From Nitrosospira multiformis ATCC 25196 (lineage in GTDB: Bacteria; Pseudomonadota; Gammaproteobacteria; Burkholderiales; Nitrosomonadaceae), in NCBI RefSeq assembly GCF_000196355.1, contig NC_007614.1, positions 420,001 to 452,000 of the forward strand: a DNA stretch of 32,000 bases. The letters run 5' to 3'. Shown here one piece after another: positions 10,486-20,894 of this stretch. A model generated the notes under the pieces. The model was not told the origin of the DNA. It saw only the letters and a list, made by a program, of their open reading frames with translations, and did no database searches. Within the stretch, counting starts at the first letter, position 1; each line of letters starts with the position of its first letter. The translations under genes were made by a program, and so were the position numbers.

Positions 10486-12720
10486 TTATTCTTTTGACTG
10501 CAGTTCACAGGAAAGTGAAAGCGCTGGCTCTCCCGCGATCGGTCGGAACCATCCATCTTTGAGAGAAACCACGAGTTTGTCCGGGGAGAGGGGGAGTACG
10601 ATTGAAATACGCGCGCCGTGCGGTCGCCTATTTTCAATCTGTATCGTTCCCCTGTGTTCTTCGATTATCTTTTTTACAATGGGAAGACCCAGTCCGGTCC
10701 CTTTCGGTTTTGTTGTCACATAGGGTTCAAATACCCGTGCTCTCACCTGTTCAGGAAACCCCCCGCCGTTATCGCTGACGGTGAAACGTATGCCTGAGGG
10801 CAGCGTTTCCGTTTTTATCATGATTGCGGGCTGAGGCAAACCCGCCAGCGCATCCTGCGCATTCTGCAGGAGATTGTGGATCACCTGGCGCAGTCGCGCG
10901 GAGTCACCTTTCATCATCGGCAGGTCGGGCACCAGAACCAGATCGATGTGTGGTTGCCGATTATCCGGCGCTGCTGTGGCTGGACTTTCATATAAGGCCA
11001 GTACTTCCCGTACCAGTGCATTGAAATCCAGCAGGTGAAATTCGGGTTCAGGCGCACGCGCGTATTCGCTGAATTCATTGACCATTCTTTTGAGCGCTTC
11101 CACCTGATTGACGATCGTTTCGGTGGAACGATGCAGAATTTGCGCGTCATTGTCATTCAGCTTCGCGGCAAGCTTGTGTTGTATGCGTTCAGCGGACAGT
11201 TGTATCGGCGTCAGAGGATTCTTTATTTCATGCGCCAGACGGCGCGCCACTTCTCCCCAGGCTGCAGCGCGCTGAGTCTCCAGCAGATGGGTGATATCGT
11301 CGAACACGACGACGCCTCCCCCGCCCGGCACATGCGCCAGCCATGTTCCCCGTAGCAGCAGGACCTGACGCGTGCCCTCCCTCGTTCGCTCTACCTGGCG
11401 CTGCCACTCGCCCTTTGTTTCCGAATGAAATCCTTCCAGAATTCCATATGCGAAGGCATGCAACTCGGATTCACGCATCGCGCATTCCTCGATCGTCAGC
11501 CCTTCCAGACCGGGCAGCGGGACGTTCAGGATTTGCTCCGCGCTTAGATTGGCTGTGCGCAAGTGCAGGCTTTCATCGAATACCAGGACGCCCGAGGAAA
11601 GATTGGCCAGGATGTTTTCCAGATAAGCCCGCGCGCTTTCCACTTCCTGTTGATTGTGCTGGGCAGTTATCCGCGCTTCCTCCAACTGTTGGGTCATGAG
11701 ATTGAATGATTCGGTCAGTACGCCCAGTTCGTCGCGGCTCCGTACCGGATGGCGCCTGCTGAAGTCGCCCTGCGCAACCGCTCGCGTGCCCTCCGCCAGC
11801 ATTCCCAGAGGTGCGCTGAGCCGTTCGCTGATCAGGAATGCAGCGGCCAGGGCAGAGAAAAGCGCAAGCAGCAGCGCGAGCGTCAGGGTCACCCCGTAGA
11901 GGTGTTTGAGACCTTCGCGTGACAGCAGCAATTCCTGGTAGTCCCGATAGGCTGCCTGTACTATTTCCGCGTCTTCCGCCAGTTGTGTCGGCACGGGCTG
12001 CGTCAACTGCAGAATCCGCGTATTGTTTCTTACGCCGGGAACATCGATAGGCGACCATACCTTCAGGTACAAACCTTCGCCGGCAATCGACTCGATCGTG
12101 CTGTATCCGTTCTCCGTCCTGATCTGATGCAGTGAAGTTGTACTAAGTGCGTCAGGGACGGTTTCACTCGTGTCCGCACGTGCAAATGCAACGACGTTAC
12201 CTTCGTGATCGAACAGGACTGCTTCCTGCGCCTGCATTTGATGGACGAGTTGGTTTAATACCGGTGGCAATGGTCCCGCCTGCTCGGATAATGCAAGTGC
12301 GGCGAGATCGGCTTCCCTGTGCAGATCTTCCAGCCGGCTGTCGAGAATGGTGCGCCCCAGTTCCAGCCCGCCTTCCAGAGCGCGGTCCACTTTTACGTCG
12401 AACCACGATTCGATGCTTTTTCCCAGAAACTGGACCGATATGCTATAGACCAGGACGCCCGGGAGCACCGCCATCAGCGAGAAGATCAGCAACAGGCGCA
12501 GCGCCAGTCTGGAACCGAATACGCCCGCCTGAAGCCTGCGCCTGAGCCTCCATAGCAGGTATCCGACGATTGCCATGAGGAACAGCACCAAACCGGCGTT
12601 GAGCCTGATCAGCAGTCTGTATTTGCGGTCGAAGAGTCCGGTATCGGCGCCAGCGCTCGCGAGCAGGAGCAGCATGATCGCCCCCAGCGCCACGCCGGCG
12701 ATGATGAGGTATTTCATCAT
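10486..12720 (-). CDS. ntrY: NtrY-like membrane sensor histidine kinase
   Basis: Several TM segments, HAMP region, AHEIKNPLTPIQLSAERIQHKL H-box, NLLQNAQDAL N-box, DNGGGFP and GTGLGLPIVKKI. Start taken at ATG 12720 (MMKYLIIAG), overlapping the DUF4390 stop by 4 nt. Confidence 0.9.
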   Translation of the reverse strand: MMKYLIIAGVALGAIMLLLLASAGADTGLFDRKYRLLIRLNAGLVLFLMAIVGYLLWRLRRRLQAGVFGSRLALRLLLIFSLMAVLPGVLVYSISVQFLGKSIESWFDVKVDRALEGGLELGRTILDSRLEDLHREADLAALALSEQAGPLPPVLNQLVHQMQAQEAVLFDHEGNVVAFARADTSETVPDALSTTSLHQIRTENGYSTIESIAGEGLYLKVWSPIDVPGVRNNTRILQLTQPVPTQLAEDAEIVQAAYRDYQELLLSREGLKHLYGVTLTLALLLALFSALAAAFLISERLSAPLGMLAEGTRAVAQGDFSRRHPVRSRDELGVLTESFNLMTQQLEEARITAQHNQQEVESARAYLENILANLSSGVLVFDESLHLRTANLSAEQILNVPLPGLEGLTIEECAMRESELHAFAYGILEGFHSETKGEWQRQVERTREGTRQVLLLRGTWLAHVPGGGGVVVFDDITHLLETQRAAAWGEVARRLAHEIKNPLTPIQLSAERIQHKLAAKLNDNDAQILHRSTETIVNQVEALKRMVNEFSEYARAPEPEFHLLDFNALVREVLALYESPATAAPDNRQPHIDLVLVPDLPMMKGDSARLRQVIHNLLQNAQDALAGLPQPAIMIKTETLPSGIRFTVSDNGGGFPEQVRARVFEPYVTTKPKGTGLGLPIVKKIIEEHRGTIQIENRRPHGARISIVLPLSPDKLVVSLKDGWFRPIAGEPALSLSCELQSKE

Positions 12721-13334
12721 TTGCTGTTGTCCTGCAGCTTCTGGGAGGGTAAGCGGGTATTCCACCGCAAAGTACCGGAACCGAGATCCCATTCCCGGGA
12801 GCCGAGCGTTTCCACCTGGAACGGCTTGGGCAGCGCCGCTATATCGAGACGCGTGCGCAATTCCACGGTATATTCCGCGTTCGGGATCAATTCTTCACTC
12901 GCGTTGATCGGCCGGTCCCGCACGCGGCTTAACGCCTGCAATGCATCGCTGAGCGAACCGAAGTTCTGTGACAATGCCCCCCGCGTCAGGCGATACTGAC
13001 GAGTGAGGGCGTAGTAGCTCAATCCTTCGCGCACCCGGCTATAGCCTACTCTTTCATCGAACCAGTACCAGCGTGAATTGACCAGGCTGAGTTCGGTGAC
13101 AAAATAAAGCACAATACCCTTCTCCAGGGCATGCTCCAGTTTGTGATTGAGAGTGATCTGGAAATCGGCGTCAAACTCGTAGGCGCCTTCCACGGGTTTG
13201 ATTCTGACCGACTTGATCTCTATGCTTGCTTCCCCATGTGCGCTGGATGCCTGTCCTATGAGCGCAAGCAGCAGCGCTGCCACAGTCATGCGCAGGAGAC
13301 GGGGCAGGAAATCAGAGCTTTTCAAGCAATGCAT
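12717..13334 (-). CDS. DUF4390-type secreted/periplasmic protein
   Basis: MHCLKSSDFLPRLLRMTVAALLLALIGQASSAHGEA signal-like start, then IEIKSVRIKPVEGAYEFDADFQITLNHKLEHALEKGIVLYF; conserved betaproteobacterial position between rsmB and ntrY. The start codon is uncertain (ORF open to 13415). Confidence 0.75.
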   Translation of the reverse strand: MHCLKSSDFLPRLLRMTVAALLLALIGQASSAHGEASIEIKSVRIKPVEGAYEFDADFQITLNHKLEHALEKGIVLYFVTELSLVNSRWYWFDERVGYSRVREGLSYYALTRQYRLTRGALSQNFGSLSDALQALSRVRDRPINASEELIPNAEYTVELRTRLDIAALPKPFQVETLGSREWDLGSGTLRWNTRLPSQKLQDNSK

Positions 13335-14640
13335 AAAAAAAACCGTCGTGATGGAGGTCCGGCAACAACTGGCCCTCCACGATTTCCGGCACGGAAAAGG
13401 GCAGTAGACGAGCATCCGGATGATGATTCAGGAAGCTTTCCACCTGAAGACCGTTTTCCTCTGCGAATATGGAACAAGTGACATAGAGCAATTTACCGCC
13501 TTTGACCAGGGTTTGCCAAAGGGCATCGAGGGTTTTACGTTGTATCTCGGCAAACTGCGCCAGGTCGCTTTCGCGTCGCAGCCATTTGATGTCGGGGTGA
13601 CGGCGCACCACCCCGGACGCAGAGCAGGGGGCATCAGCCAGGATACGATCGAATGGCCTTCCATCCCACCACTCCCCCGGGTGCGTGGCGTCGCCGTGAA
13701 TGATGCGATAAGGCTTGAGGCCGAGACGAGTGAAATTCTGCTTTAGCCGTTCTAACCGCTCGCCATCATTGTCAACCGCGGTCAGTTCCAGATCGGTCAA
13801 TTCAAGCAGATGCGCGCTTTTCCCGCCCGGGGCAGCGCAGGCGTCCAGCACCCGCATTCCGCTCTGGGGACAGAGTAGCGGCGCTGCCATTTGAGCGGCC
13901 ACATCCTGAACTGATACCAGTCCTTGACCGAAGCCCGGCAGTTTTTCCACCGGGACCGGGTGAAATAATTCAAGCGCCTCTTCTGTCCACTCGTTTTCCG
14001 GTCGCCGGGCATTCAGTCCGGCATTGTGCAGCAGCTTCTGATATGCTTCAACGTTTGTCCTCCGCTGATTGACTCTGAGCGCCATAGGTGGTCGTATATT
14101 GGCTGTCTCCAGTACAGCCTGATAGCGGGAGGGATATTGCGCACGGAGTTTGTCGATCCACCATTGTGGATGGGAATACCTTCCTACTTCGGTTGCCGCC
14201 GTTTTTTCAAGCAGGGCGGGACGTTTGCGCAAGAAGTTGCGCAATATCGCATTGACCAGTCCGCCTATACTTTTCGCATGGCGGGGATCCAGCATGTTCC
14301 TGCTATTCCTGCCATCGATCGAGGGGCTGCAAGAAGCGGATACTGCACTGTCCACCACGACGTGCGGCGCCGTTTTGCTGTATTGAAGCTGATACAGTCC
14401 CACCAGTAGCAGGTAGCGCAAACTCTGGTCCTTCAGGGGTTTGTTCAGCAATAAGCCAAGCAATATGTCCAGTTGACCATAAAAGCGCAGTACGCCATAG
14501 CTTAAATCCTGAATCGCACCGCGCTGCTGGTCGGAGAGGCCGCTGTGGCTGCGCCAGGTTTCCTGCAAAACCGTTGTCAGACTTGCGCCACTCACCACTC
14601 TTTCAACAGTGGTGGCGGCGAGACGCTGCGTCCTGATCAT
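13312..14640 (-). CDS. rsmB: 16S rRNA (cytosine-967 C5)-methyltransferase
   Basis: 442 aa; NusB-like N-terminus, LDACAAPGGKSAHLLEL, ADAPCSASGVVRRHPDIKW, LLYVTCSIFAEEN. Confidence 0.93.
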   Translation of the reverse strand: MIRTQRLAATTVERVVSGASLTTVLQETWRSHSGLSDQQRGAIQDLSYGVLRFYGQLDILLGLLLNKPLKDQSLRYLLLVGLYQLQYSKTAPHVVVDSAVSASCSPSIDGRNSRNMLDPRHAKSIGGLVNAILRNFLRKRPALLEKTAATEVGRYSHPQWWIDKLRAQYPSRYQAVLETANIRPPMALRVNQRRTNVEAYQKLLHNAGLNARRPENEWTEEALELFHPVPVEKLPGFGQGLVSVQDVAAQMAAPLLCPQSGMRVLDACAAPGGKSAHLLELTDLELTAVDNDGERLERLKQNFTRLGLKPYRIIHGDATHPGEWWDGRPFDRILADAPCSASGVVRRHPDIKWLRRESDLAQFAEIQRKTLDALWQTLVKGGKLLYVTCSIFAEENGLQVESFLNHHPDARLLPFSVPEIVEGQLLPDLHHDGFFYALLEKL

Positions 14641-15575
14641 TCCCCGCTTTCAAAACGATCGTGCGGGTGCAGAGAATGCCCCAGGAGGAATTCAGCGGAT
14701 CTTAATTTTTTACCTCCGGATTTTTGCACGATCTTCAATATCAAGGCATGCTTGCCGCATGCAACGACAATTCCGTCCGGTCTTATTGCAACGATTTCCC
14801 CCGGTTTTTCATCTGTCTCTGCGATATCTACGCTGGTCTGCCACACTTTCATGGAAATTCCATTCACGGTGGAATGCATGCCGGGACGAGGATTAAAGGC
14901 CCTCACTGCGCGATCGATATTTTCTGCATCCATCCGCCAGTCAATTTCGGCTTCCGTCTTTTCCAGTTTGGAGGCGTACGTGGCCGCCAGATCATTCTGG
15001 GGAGTGGCGATAATTTTTCCTTGCTGCAACAAAGCCAGCGCTTCTACGATACAGGCTGCTCCCAATTGTCCAAGCTTTTCATGCAATGTTCCGGCAGTGT
15101 CATCCTTTGCGATTGTAATACTTCGTACCAGCAGAATGGGGCCGGTATCGAGACCGCGATCCATTTGCATGATCGTAATTCCTGTTTCCCGATCTCCCGC
15201 TAGAATCGCCCGTTCGATTGGAGCCGCTCCGCGCCACCGGGGCAGTAATGAGGCATGAATGTTCACGCAGCCGAGTTTTGGGATATTCAGAACAGAGAAA
15301 GGCAGAATCAATCCATACGCAGCGACAACCATGATATCTGCCCTGACGGCCTCGAGTTGCATGTGTAACTCGGGTTGCCTGAGGGAGGGGGGCTGCAGTA
15401 GACCAAATCCCCGCTTTTGTGCAAGTAACTTTACTGCGCTGGAAGCATTTTTCATGCCTCTTCCGGCAGGTCGATCCGGCTGGGTCAGCACCAATGCAAT
15501 TTCGTGGCCAGCATCTGCCAGGGCTTCAAGCGCGGCGGCGGCGAAAGGAGGCGTTCCGGCAAAAATGATTCTCAT
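14637..15575 (-). CDS. fmt: Methionyl-tRNA formyltransferase
   Basis: 312 aa; MRIIFAGTPPFAAAALEAL, NIHASLLPRWRGAAPIERAI, GITIMQMDRGLDTG. Confidence 0.96.
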   Translation of the reverse strand: MRIIFAGTPPFAAAALEALADAGHEIALVLTQPDRPAGRGMKNASSAVKLLAQKRGFGLLQPPSLRQPELHMQLEAVRADIMVVAAYGLILPFSVLNIPKLGCVNIHASLLPRWRGAAPIERAILAGDRETGITIMQMDRGLDTGPILLVRSITIAKDDTAGTLHEKLGQLGAACIVEALALLQQGKIIATPQNDLAATYASKLEKTEAEIDWRMDAENIDRAVRAFNPRPGMHSTVNGISMKVWQTSVDIAETDEKPGEIVAIRPDGIVVACGKHALILKIVQKSGGKKLRSAEFLLGHSLHPHDRFESGE

Positions 15576-15779
15576 GGGGATGGGCAGGGGTAGGCGCGTG
15601 ACGGCAAGAAAGGATGGTCAGTATCCGCATCCCGTTCCCGGAGCACCGGTCACCAAATTCTCCGGATAATCTCCCCTTGCGGTTGCATCGGTTTGCTGTG
15701 GAAACAGGGAATGCGCCGTGGAATGGACCAAGAGCGTGCAAGAGACGGATAATAAAGATATAAATTTTTACATGGTCTG

Positions 15780-16283
15780 CTACATTACCTTTCGGCGCTG
15801 CTTCCGGAATTTTGCCTGAATCCTCGATTGCTTCATCCGCGACCAATACTCCACAAATACTCTTCCCAGCAGGTGATCCATTTCATGCTGGATACACACC
15901 GCCAGAAGCCCGTCCGCATCCAGCGTGAAGCGCTCGCCGTCCTTGTTCAGGGCTTCGACGGTAATCTGCGCAGCGCGCGGCACCTTGCCAAATATGCCAG
16001 GTACGGACAGGCAGCCTTCCTCATAGTCCGATTCCCCCTCGTGCGTGGTGATTTCCGGATTAATCAGCACAAGCAGCTGATCATGGGTATTGGAAACATC
16101 GATTACGATAACACGCTTGTGCACGTCCACCTGCGTCGCGGCCAACCCGACTCCCGGCGCGGCATACATGGTTTCCGCCATATCCTGCACCAGGACGCGT
16201 ATTTCATCGGTGACTTCGGGAACCGGAGCCGCAATGGTGTGTAACCGTTCGTCAGGATATTGCAATATTTTCAATAGCGCCAT
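15780..16283 (-). CDS. def: Peptide deformylase
   Basis: Internal ATG at 16283 gives [21 protein letters not shown]; [29 protein letters not shown] motifs. Confidence 0.94.
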   Translation of the reverse strand: MALLKILQYPDERLHTIAAPVPEVTDEIRVLVQDMAETMYAAPGVGLAATQVDVHKRVIVIDVSNTHDQLLVLINPEITTHEGESDYEEGCLSVPGIFGKVPRAAQITVEALNKDGERFTLDADGLLAVCIQHEMDHLLGRVFVEYWSRMKQSRIQAKFRKQRRKVM

Positions 16284-16562
16284 AAAAAGGCTTGAACATA
16301 AAAGAAACTGAATGCAAAATTCAAGGCGACGCCTGATAGCGATAGTCCGTCGCACCTTCGCAGGATTCCTGCGGATATATTATATCCTGATTTACCTGCA
16401 ACCTTCTTTTCTCCGACTTTCAATCACTGCTAAGTTCCTATATTTCATCAGATTGTCTTGCCATGACGGTAACCGGGGATTTGGGCTCCAGGTTTATCAC
16501 CGTGAGTTCCGCAACGGTGAAGGGATGAAGTCCGCCGGATGCGGTTACGGGATGAAAAGACC

Positions 16563-17681
16563 ATGTCATCAATACCTGTCCAGGTAATTTCGCAGCGGAA
16601 TATCGAACCCGATATCGCATCCTGGCTCGCCCTGGACTTGATCGATGGCCTGGGTGACGAGTCGATGAGGTGTTTGCTTGCGACTTTTGGCAGCCCCGCT
16701 GCAATTCTTTCGGCCAGCATGACTTCATTGGAGCGCGTGGTTAAAAGGAAGGTGGCGGACAACATTATCGGGGGAGCTGACCCGCAAAAGCTGAATGCTT
16801 CGCTCAAATGGCTGGAAGACCCGCAGAATTCCGTCATCACCCTGGCAGATCCGGATTATCCCGCACTGTTACTCCATATCCCCGATCCCCCGCCGCTTCT
16901 CTATGTCAAAGGAAAGCGCGCTCTGCTGAACGCGCCAATGCTTGCCATTGTCGGCAGCCGGAATGCTACGCCCCAAGGTCTTTCCAATGCAGAAGCCTTT
17001 GCCGAGGCGGCGAGCAATGCAGGATTTTCCATCGCCAGCGGCATGGCTCTTGGCATTGACGCCGCAGCGCATCGTGGAGGACTGCGAGGAAGGGCCAGCA
17101 GTATTGCCGTGGTGGGTACCGGACTGGATCTCGTTTATCCCGCAAGCCATCGCAAGCTGGCGCATGAGTTGGCGGAAAGGGGCGCGCTTGTCTCCGAGTT
17201 TCCGTTGGGCACGCCTCCCATCGGCAGCAACTTTCCGCGTCGCAATCGCATCATCAGTGGCCTGAGCAGGGGATGCCTTGTGGTCGAGGCCGCATTGCAG
17301 AGCGGTTCTCTTATCACGGCGCGGCAGGCGTTGGAGCAGGGACGGGAAGTATTCGCCATTCCGGGCTCCATCCACTCGCCCTTGTCCAGGGGATGCCATG
17401 CACTCATCAAGCAGGGTGCCAAGCTGGTGGAAAGCGCAGGAGATATTCTGGAGGAATTCGGTTGCCCATCTGGCATCCCCATCCTCGTTCCGGAAGGGGG
17501 TGAGGCTGCAAGAGAAGAATTTTTGCTGTTGAAACACCTCAGCCATGACATCATCGATGTCGATACCCTCTGCCTGCGTAGTGGCTTGACGGTAGAAACG
17601 GTATCGGCCATGCTGTTGACGCTTGAACTGGATGGCATAATCGCCAGTCTTCCCGGCGGGCGTTACCAGCGGCTCCGATAG
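16563..17681 (+). CDS. dprA: DNA processing protein DprA
   Basis: SSIPVQ...SWLALDLIDGLGDESMR; LLYVKGKRALLNAPMLAIVGSRNATPQG, SGMALGIDAAAHRGGL, GTGLDLVYPASHRKLA; C-terminal winged-helix-like tail. Upstream in-frame ATG at 16539 is also possible. Confidence 0.92.
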   Translation: MSSIPVQVISQRNIEPDIASWLALDLIDGLGDESMRCLLATFGSPAAILSASMTSLERVVKRKVADNIIGGADPQKLNASLKWLEDPQNSVITLADPDYPALLLHIPDPPPLLYVKGKRALLNAPMLAIVGSRNATPQGLSNAEAFAEAASNAGFSIASGMALGIDAAAHRGGLRGRASSIAVVGTGLDLVYPASHRKLAHELAERGALVSEFPLGTPPIGSNFPRRNRIISGLSRGCLVVEAALQSGSLITARQALEQGREVFAIPGSIHSPLSRGCHALIKQGAKLVESAGDILEEFGCPSGIPILVPEGGEAAREEFLLLKHLSHDIIDVDTLCLRSGLTVETVSAMLLTLELDGIIASLPGGRYQRLR

Positions 17682-17967
17682 GTGGCGGTGTCCGAGGTAT
17701 GTACGGCTTTCGTATGATCACCCCATCCGGAGGGGGTAAGAGGGGATAACGTGGGACCGGAAGAGATTGCAGGAGTTGCAGCGACCGGTACGGACGACAG
17801 GATTCCGCGGGGAGAAGCATGCTGGTTTTCTGCTGAGCTTGCCTGCCTTCGGGGTCCTATCATGATGATGTTTTTGGTTGCAGGTCGCTGGCAGTGCTAT
17901 CTATTTTTGCTTGCCCCCTGTTATGCTGATAAATCACACGGGGTGGTGGGACATTTACAGGAATTTC

Positions 17968-20508
17968 ATGGGTAAAACCTTAATCATTGCCGAGAAGCCT
18001 TCTGTTGCCGCAGACATTGCGCGTGCCTTAGGGGGATTCACGAAACATACCGACTACTTCGAGAACGATGAATATGTCGTGTCGTCCGCCGTAGGGCATT
18101 TGCTTGAGCTCGCGGTCCCTCCGGAACACGAAGTCAAGCGAGGGAAATGGAGTTTTACGAATCTGCCCGTCATTCCACCGCATTTTGACCTCAATCCCAT
18201 CGAGAAAACCGAATCGCGGCTGAAGCTTTTGACCAGACTCATCAAACGGAAGGATGTGGACGCGCTGATCAATGCTTGCGATGCAGGCCGGGAAGGGGAA
18301 CTGATTTTTCGCTACATCACTCGCCATGTCGGAACCAAAAAGCCGGTTAAACGGCTATGGCTGCAATCGATGACGCCCGCTTCCATCCGGGAGGGTTTCA
18401 ATAAGTTGCTGGATGATGAGGACGTGTGGCCATTGGCGGAAGCAGCGGTAAGCCGTTCAGAAGCTGACTGGCTGGTGGGCATAAACGGCACACGCGCCAT
18501 GACCGCATTCAATTCACAGGAAGGCGGCTTCCATAAAACCACAGTGGGACGTGTACAAACTCCTACATTGGCGATTCTGATCGAGCGCGAAGACATCATC
18601 AAGAAATTTGTCCCTCGCAGCTACTGGGAAGTGCATGCAACGTTTTCCGCCCGCGAAGGAAGCTATAAGGGTCGCTGGTTCGACGAGTCGTTCACGAAAG
18701 CCAGGAAAGACAATGAGCAAAAAGCAGAGCGGTTATGGGACCATGCGACTGCGGAAGCTATTCGTGTCAAGTGCCTCGGTAAATCTGGGGTCGTCACCGA
18801 AGAAAGCAAGCCTGCTACCGAAACCTGCCCTTTGCTCTATGACCTTACCAGTTTGCAGCGCGATGCGAACGGCCGTTTCGGCTTTTCCGCCAAGACTACC
18901 CTCTCCCTGGCGCAGGCATTATATGAAAAGCATAAGGTATTGACTTATCCGCGCACGGACTCGCGGGCTCTGCCGGAAGATTATATTGCCACCGTCAAGG
19001 AAACCCTGGGTTCTCTCCAAAACTCTGGATACGGAGCATTTGCTGCGCAGATTCTCGGAGCAGGCTGGGTTAAGCCCAATAAACGTATATTCAACAATGC
19101 AAAAATCTCCGACCACTTTGCGATCATCCCTACGACCATTGAAGCCAGGGGGTTGAACGAGGTGGAGTCAAAACTGTACGATCTTGTTGTCAAGCGTTTC
19201 CTCGCGATATTCTACCCGGCGGCTGAATTTCTCGTTACCACCCGTATCACGCGGGTGGAGAACGAGCCTTTCAAGACGGAAGGAAAAGTTCTGATCAATC
19301 CCGGCTGGCAGGCCGTTTACGGCAAGGAGGCGCAGCCTTCGGGTACGGAGGACAACTCGACCCTGGTCAAGCTGGAGCCGGATGAACCGGTGACCGCCGA
19401 GGAAATTGAGGTTGCCTCGCATCAGACTCGCCCCCCTCCCCGATTCAATGAAGCCACTCTGCTGTCCGCGATGGAAGGCGCGGGTAAATGGGTGGAAGAT
19501 GAAGAACTGCGGGAAGCCATGAGCGCAAAGGGACTTGGCACGCCGGCGACACGCGCGGCGATTATCGAAGGCCTGGTATCGGAAAACTACATCCAGCGTG
19601 TGGGACGGGAACTGCATCCCACTGCCAAGGCCTTTTCCCTCATCACCTTGTTGCGCGGGTTGAAAGTACCGGAACTTACTTCGCCTGAGCTGACGGGTGA
19701 CTGGGAATACAAGCTGCGCCAGATCGAACAGGGGAAGCTCGAACGCAACAAGTTCATGGCTGAAATCGCGGAGATGACGAGCCACATCGTGCAACAGGCA
19801 AAAAGTCATCGCGGCGAAACCATAAGTGGAGATTTTTCGACGCTCAAGTCGCCCTGTCCGAAATGCGGCGGTGTGATCCAGGAGACATATAAAAAATTTC
19901 AGTGCCAGAAATGCGATTTCGCGCTATGGAAAATTCTGGCGGGACGACAATTTGAAACAGCGGAAATGGAGCAGCTCATTACCCGGCGGGAGGTGGGGCC
20001 TCTCCAGGGCTTTCGGAGCAAGATGGGACGGCTGTTCAACGCCAACATCAAACTGACGGATGAGCTCGAGATGAAGTTTGATTTCGGTGCAGACGGGGAG
20101 CAGGATACTGAAGAGGTTGATTTTTCCGGGCAGGAACCGTTGGGAAAGTGTCCCCGGTGCAGTGGGCGGGTATTCGATCATGGCATGAGCTACCTGTGCG
20201 AAAAATCGCTCGGTTCTGCACACACATGCAGCTTTAAAATAGGGAAAATCATTCTCTCGCGGCCGCTCGAGCGCGAGCAGGTCATGAAATTGTTGCAGAC
20301 CGGCAAAACGGATTTGCTGACAAAGTTTATTTCGAAGAAGGGCAGGCCGTTTTCAGCCTATCTCGTTGCGGGCAAGGACGGAAAAATCGGGTTCGAGTTC
20401 GAAGTGAAGGAGGCAAAGGTTAAAACCCCGGCAGAGACGGAGGAAACAAAGGTGGCGAAGCCGAGGGCTGCGCCGATGAAAAAAACCCTCTCCGCGAAAA
20501 CGAGGTAA
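17968..20508 (+). CDS. topB: DNA topoisomerase III-like type IA topoisomerase with C-terminal zinc-ribbon modules
   Basis: Internal ATG at 17968: MGKTLIIAEKPSVAADIARAL; NACDAGREGELIFRYI, GRVQTPTLAIL, LTYPRTDSRALPEDY, CX2C modules (CPKCGG..CQKC; CPRCSG). Confidence 0.9.
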   Translation: MGKTLIIAEKPSVAADIARALGGFTKHTDYFENDEYVVSSAVGHLLELAVPPEHEVKRGKWSFTNLPVIPPHFDLNPIEKTESRLKLLTRLIKRKDVDALINACDAGREGELIFRYITRHVGTKKPVKRLWLQSMTPASIREGFNKLLDDEDVWPLAEAAVSRSEADWLVGINGTRAMTAFNSQEGGFHKTTVGRVQTPTLAILIEREDIIKKFVPRSYWEVHATFSAREGSYKGRWFDESFTKARKDNEQKAERLWDHATAEAIRVKCLGKSGVVTEESKPATETCPLLYDLTSLQRDANGRFGFSAKTTLSLAQALYEKHKVLTYPRTDSRALPEDYIATVKETLGSLQNSGYGAFAAQILGAGWVKPNKRIFNNAKISDHFAIIPTTIEARGLNEVESKLYDLVVKRFLAIFYPAAEFLVTTRITRVENEPFKTEGKVLINPGWQAVYGKEAQPSGTEDNSTLVKLEPDEPVTAEEIEVASHQTRPPPRFNEATLLSAMEGAGKWVEDEELREAMSAKGLGTPATRAAIIEGLVSENYIQRVGRELHPTAKAFSLITLLRGLKVPELTSPELTGDWEYKLRQIEQGKLERNKFMAEIAEMTSHIVQQAKSHRGETISGDFSTLKSPCPKCGGVIQETYKKFQCQKCDFALWKILAGRQFETAEMEQLITRREVGPLQGFRSKMGRLFNANIKLTDELEMKFDFGADGEQDTEEVDFSGQEPLGKCPRCSGRVFDHGMSYLCEKSLGSAHTCSFKIGKIILSRPLEREQVMKLLQTGKTDLLTKFISKKGRPFSAYLVAGKDGKIGFEFEVKEAKVKTPAETEETKVAKPRAAPMKKTLSAKTR

Positions 20509-20618
20509 AAAGGGCAGTGGAGCGCAGCCTGCTTCTTGAAGAAGACCCGTTCGGGAGATCGGGGGACTGCGAGAATGGGAGAAGAGGGAAAGGGCGTGAT
20601 TGCGTAACGCCTCTTCCT

Positions 20619-20894
20619 TTATTGGGGGGGCGCCGATGGCTGATGGGTTTCGATGTAGGAGACGATATCCCCTACGGTGGTGAATCCCTTTGCTTCCTCG
20701 CTATCGAAATTGATGCCAAACGCATCTTCAGCGTCAAACAGAAGCTGTATCGTATCCATGGAGTCGAGTCCAAGTTCTTCAAATTTTGAAGAGCGGTTGA
20801 TAGTGGAAGCATCGAGATTCTCGACTTTTGTGGCAATGAATTGTATGACCTTTGCTTCAATCTCCGCTGTGTCCATATCTAGTTCTTCCTTCAT
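20619..20894 (-). CDS. Acyl carrier protein
   Basis: 91 aa with phosphopantetheine-type motif FEELGLDSMDTIQLLFDAEDAFGI; overlaps the ketosynthase stop by 4 nt. Confidence 0.9.
   Translation of the reverse strand: MKEELDMDTAEIEAKVIQFIATKVENLDASTINRSSKFEELGLDSMDTIQLLFDAEDAFGINFDSEEAKGFTTVGDIVSYIETHQPSAPPQ

Noticed and set aside
16869-17546. 225-aa minus-strand ORF opposite dprA
   Set aside because: Antisense shadow of a confident gene.
20595-20613. Hairpin GGCGT...ACGCC downstream of the ACP gene as a terminator
   Set aside because: Only a 5-bp stem with a 9-nt loop and a weak T-tract; insufficient to call.
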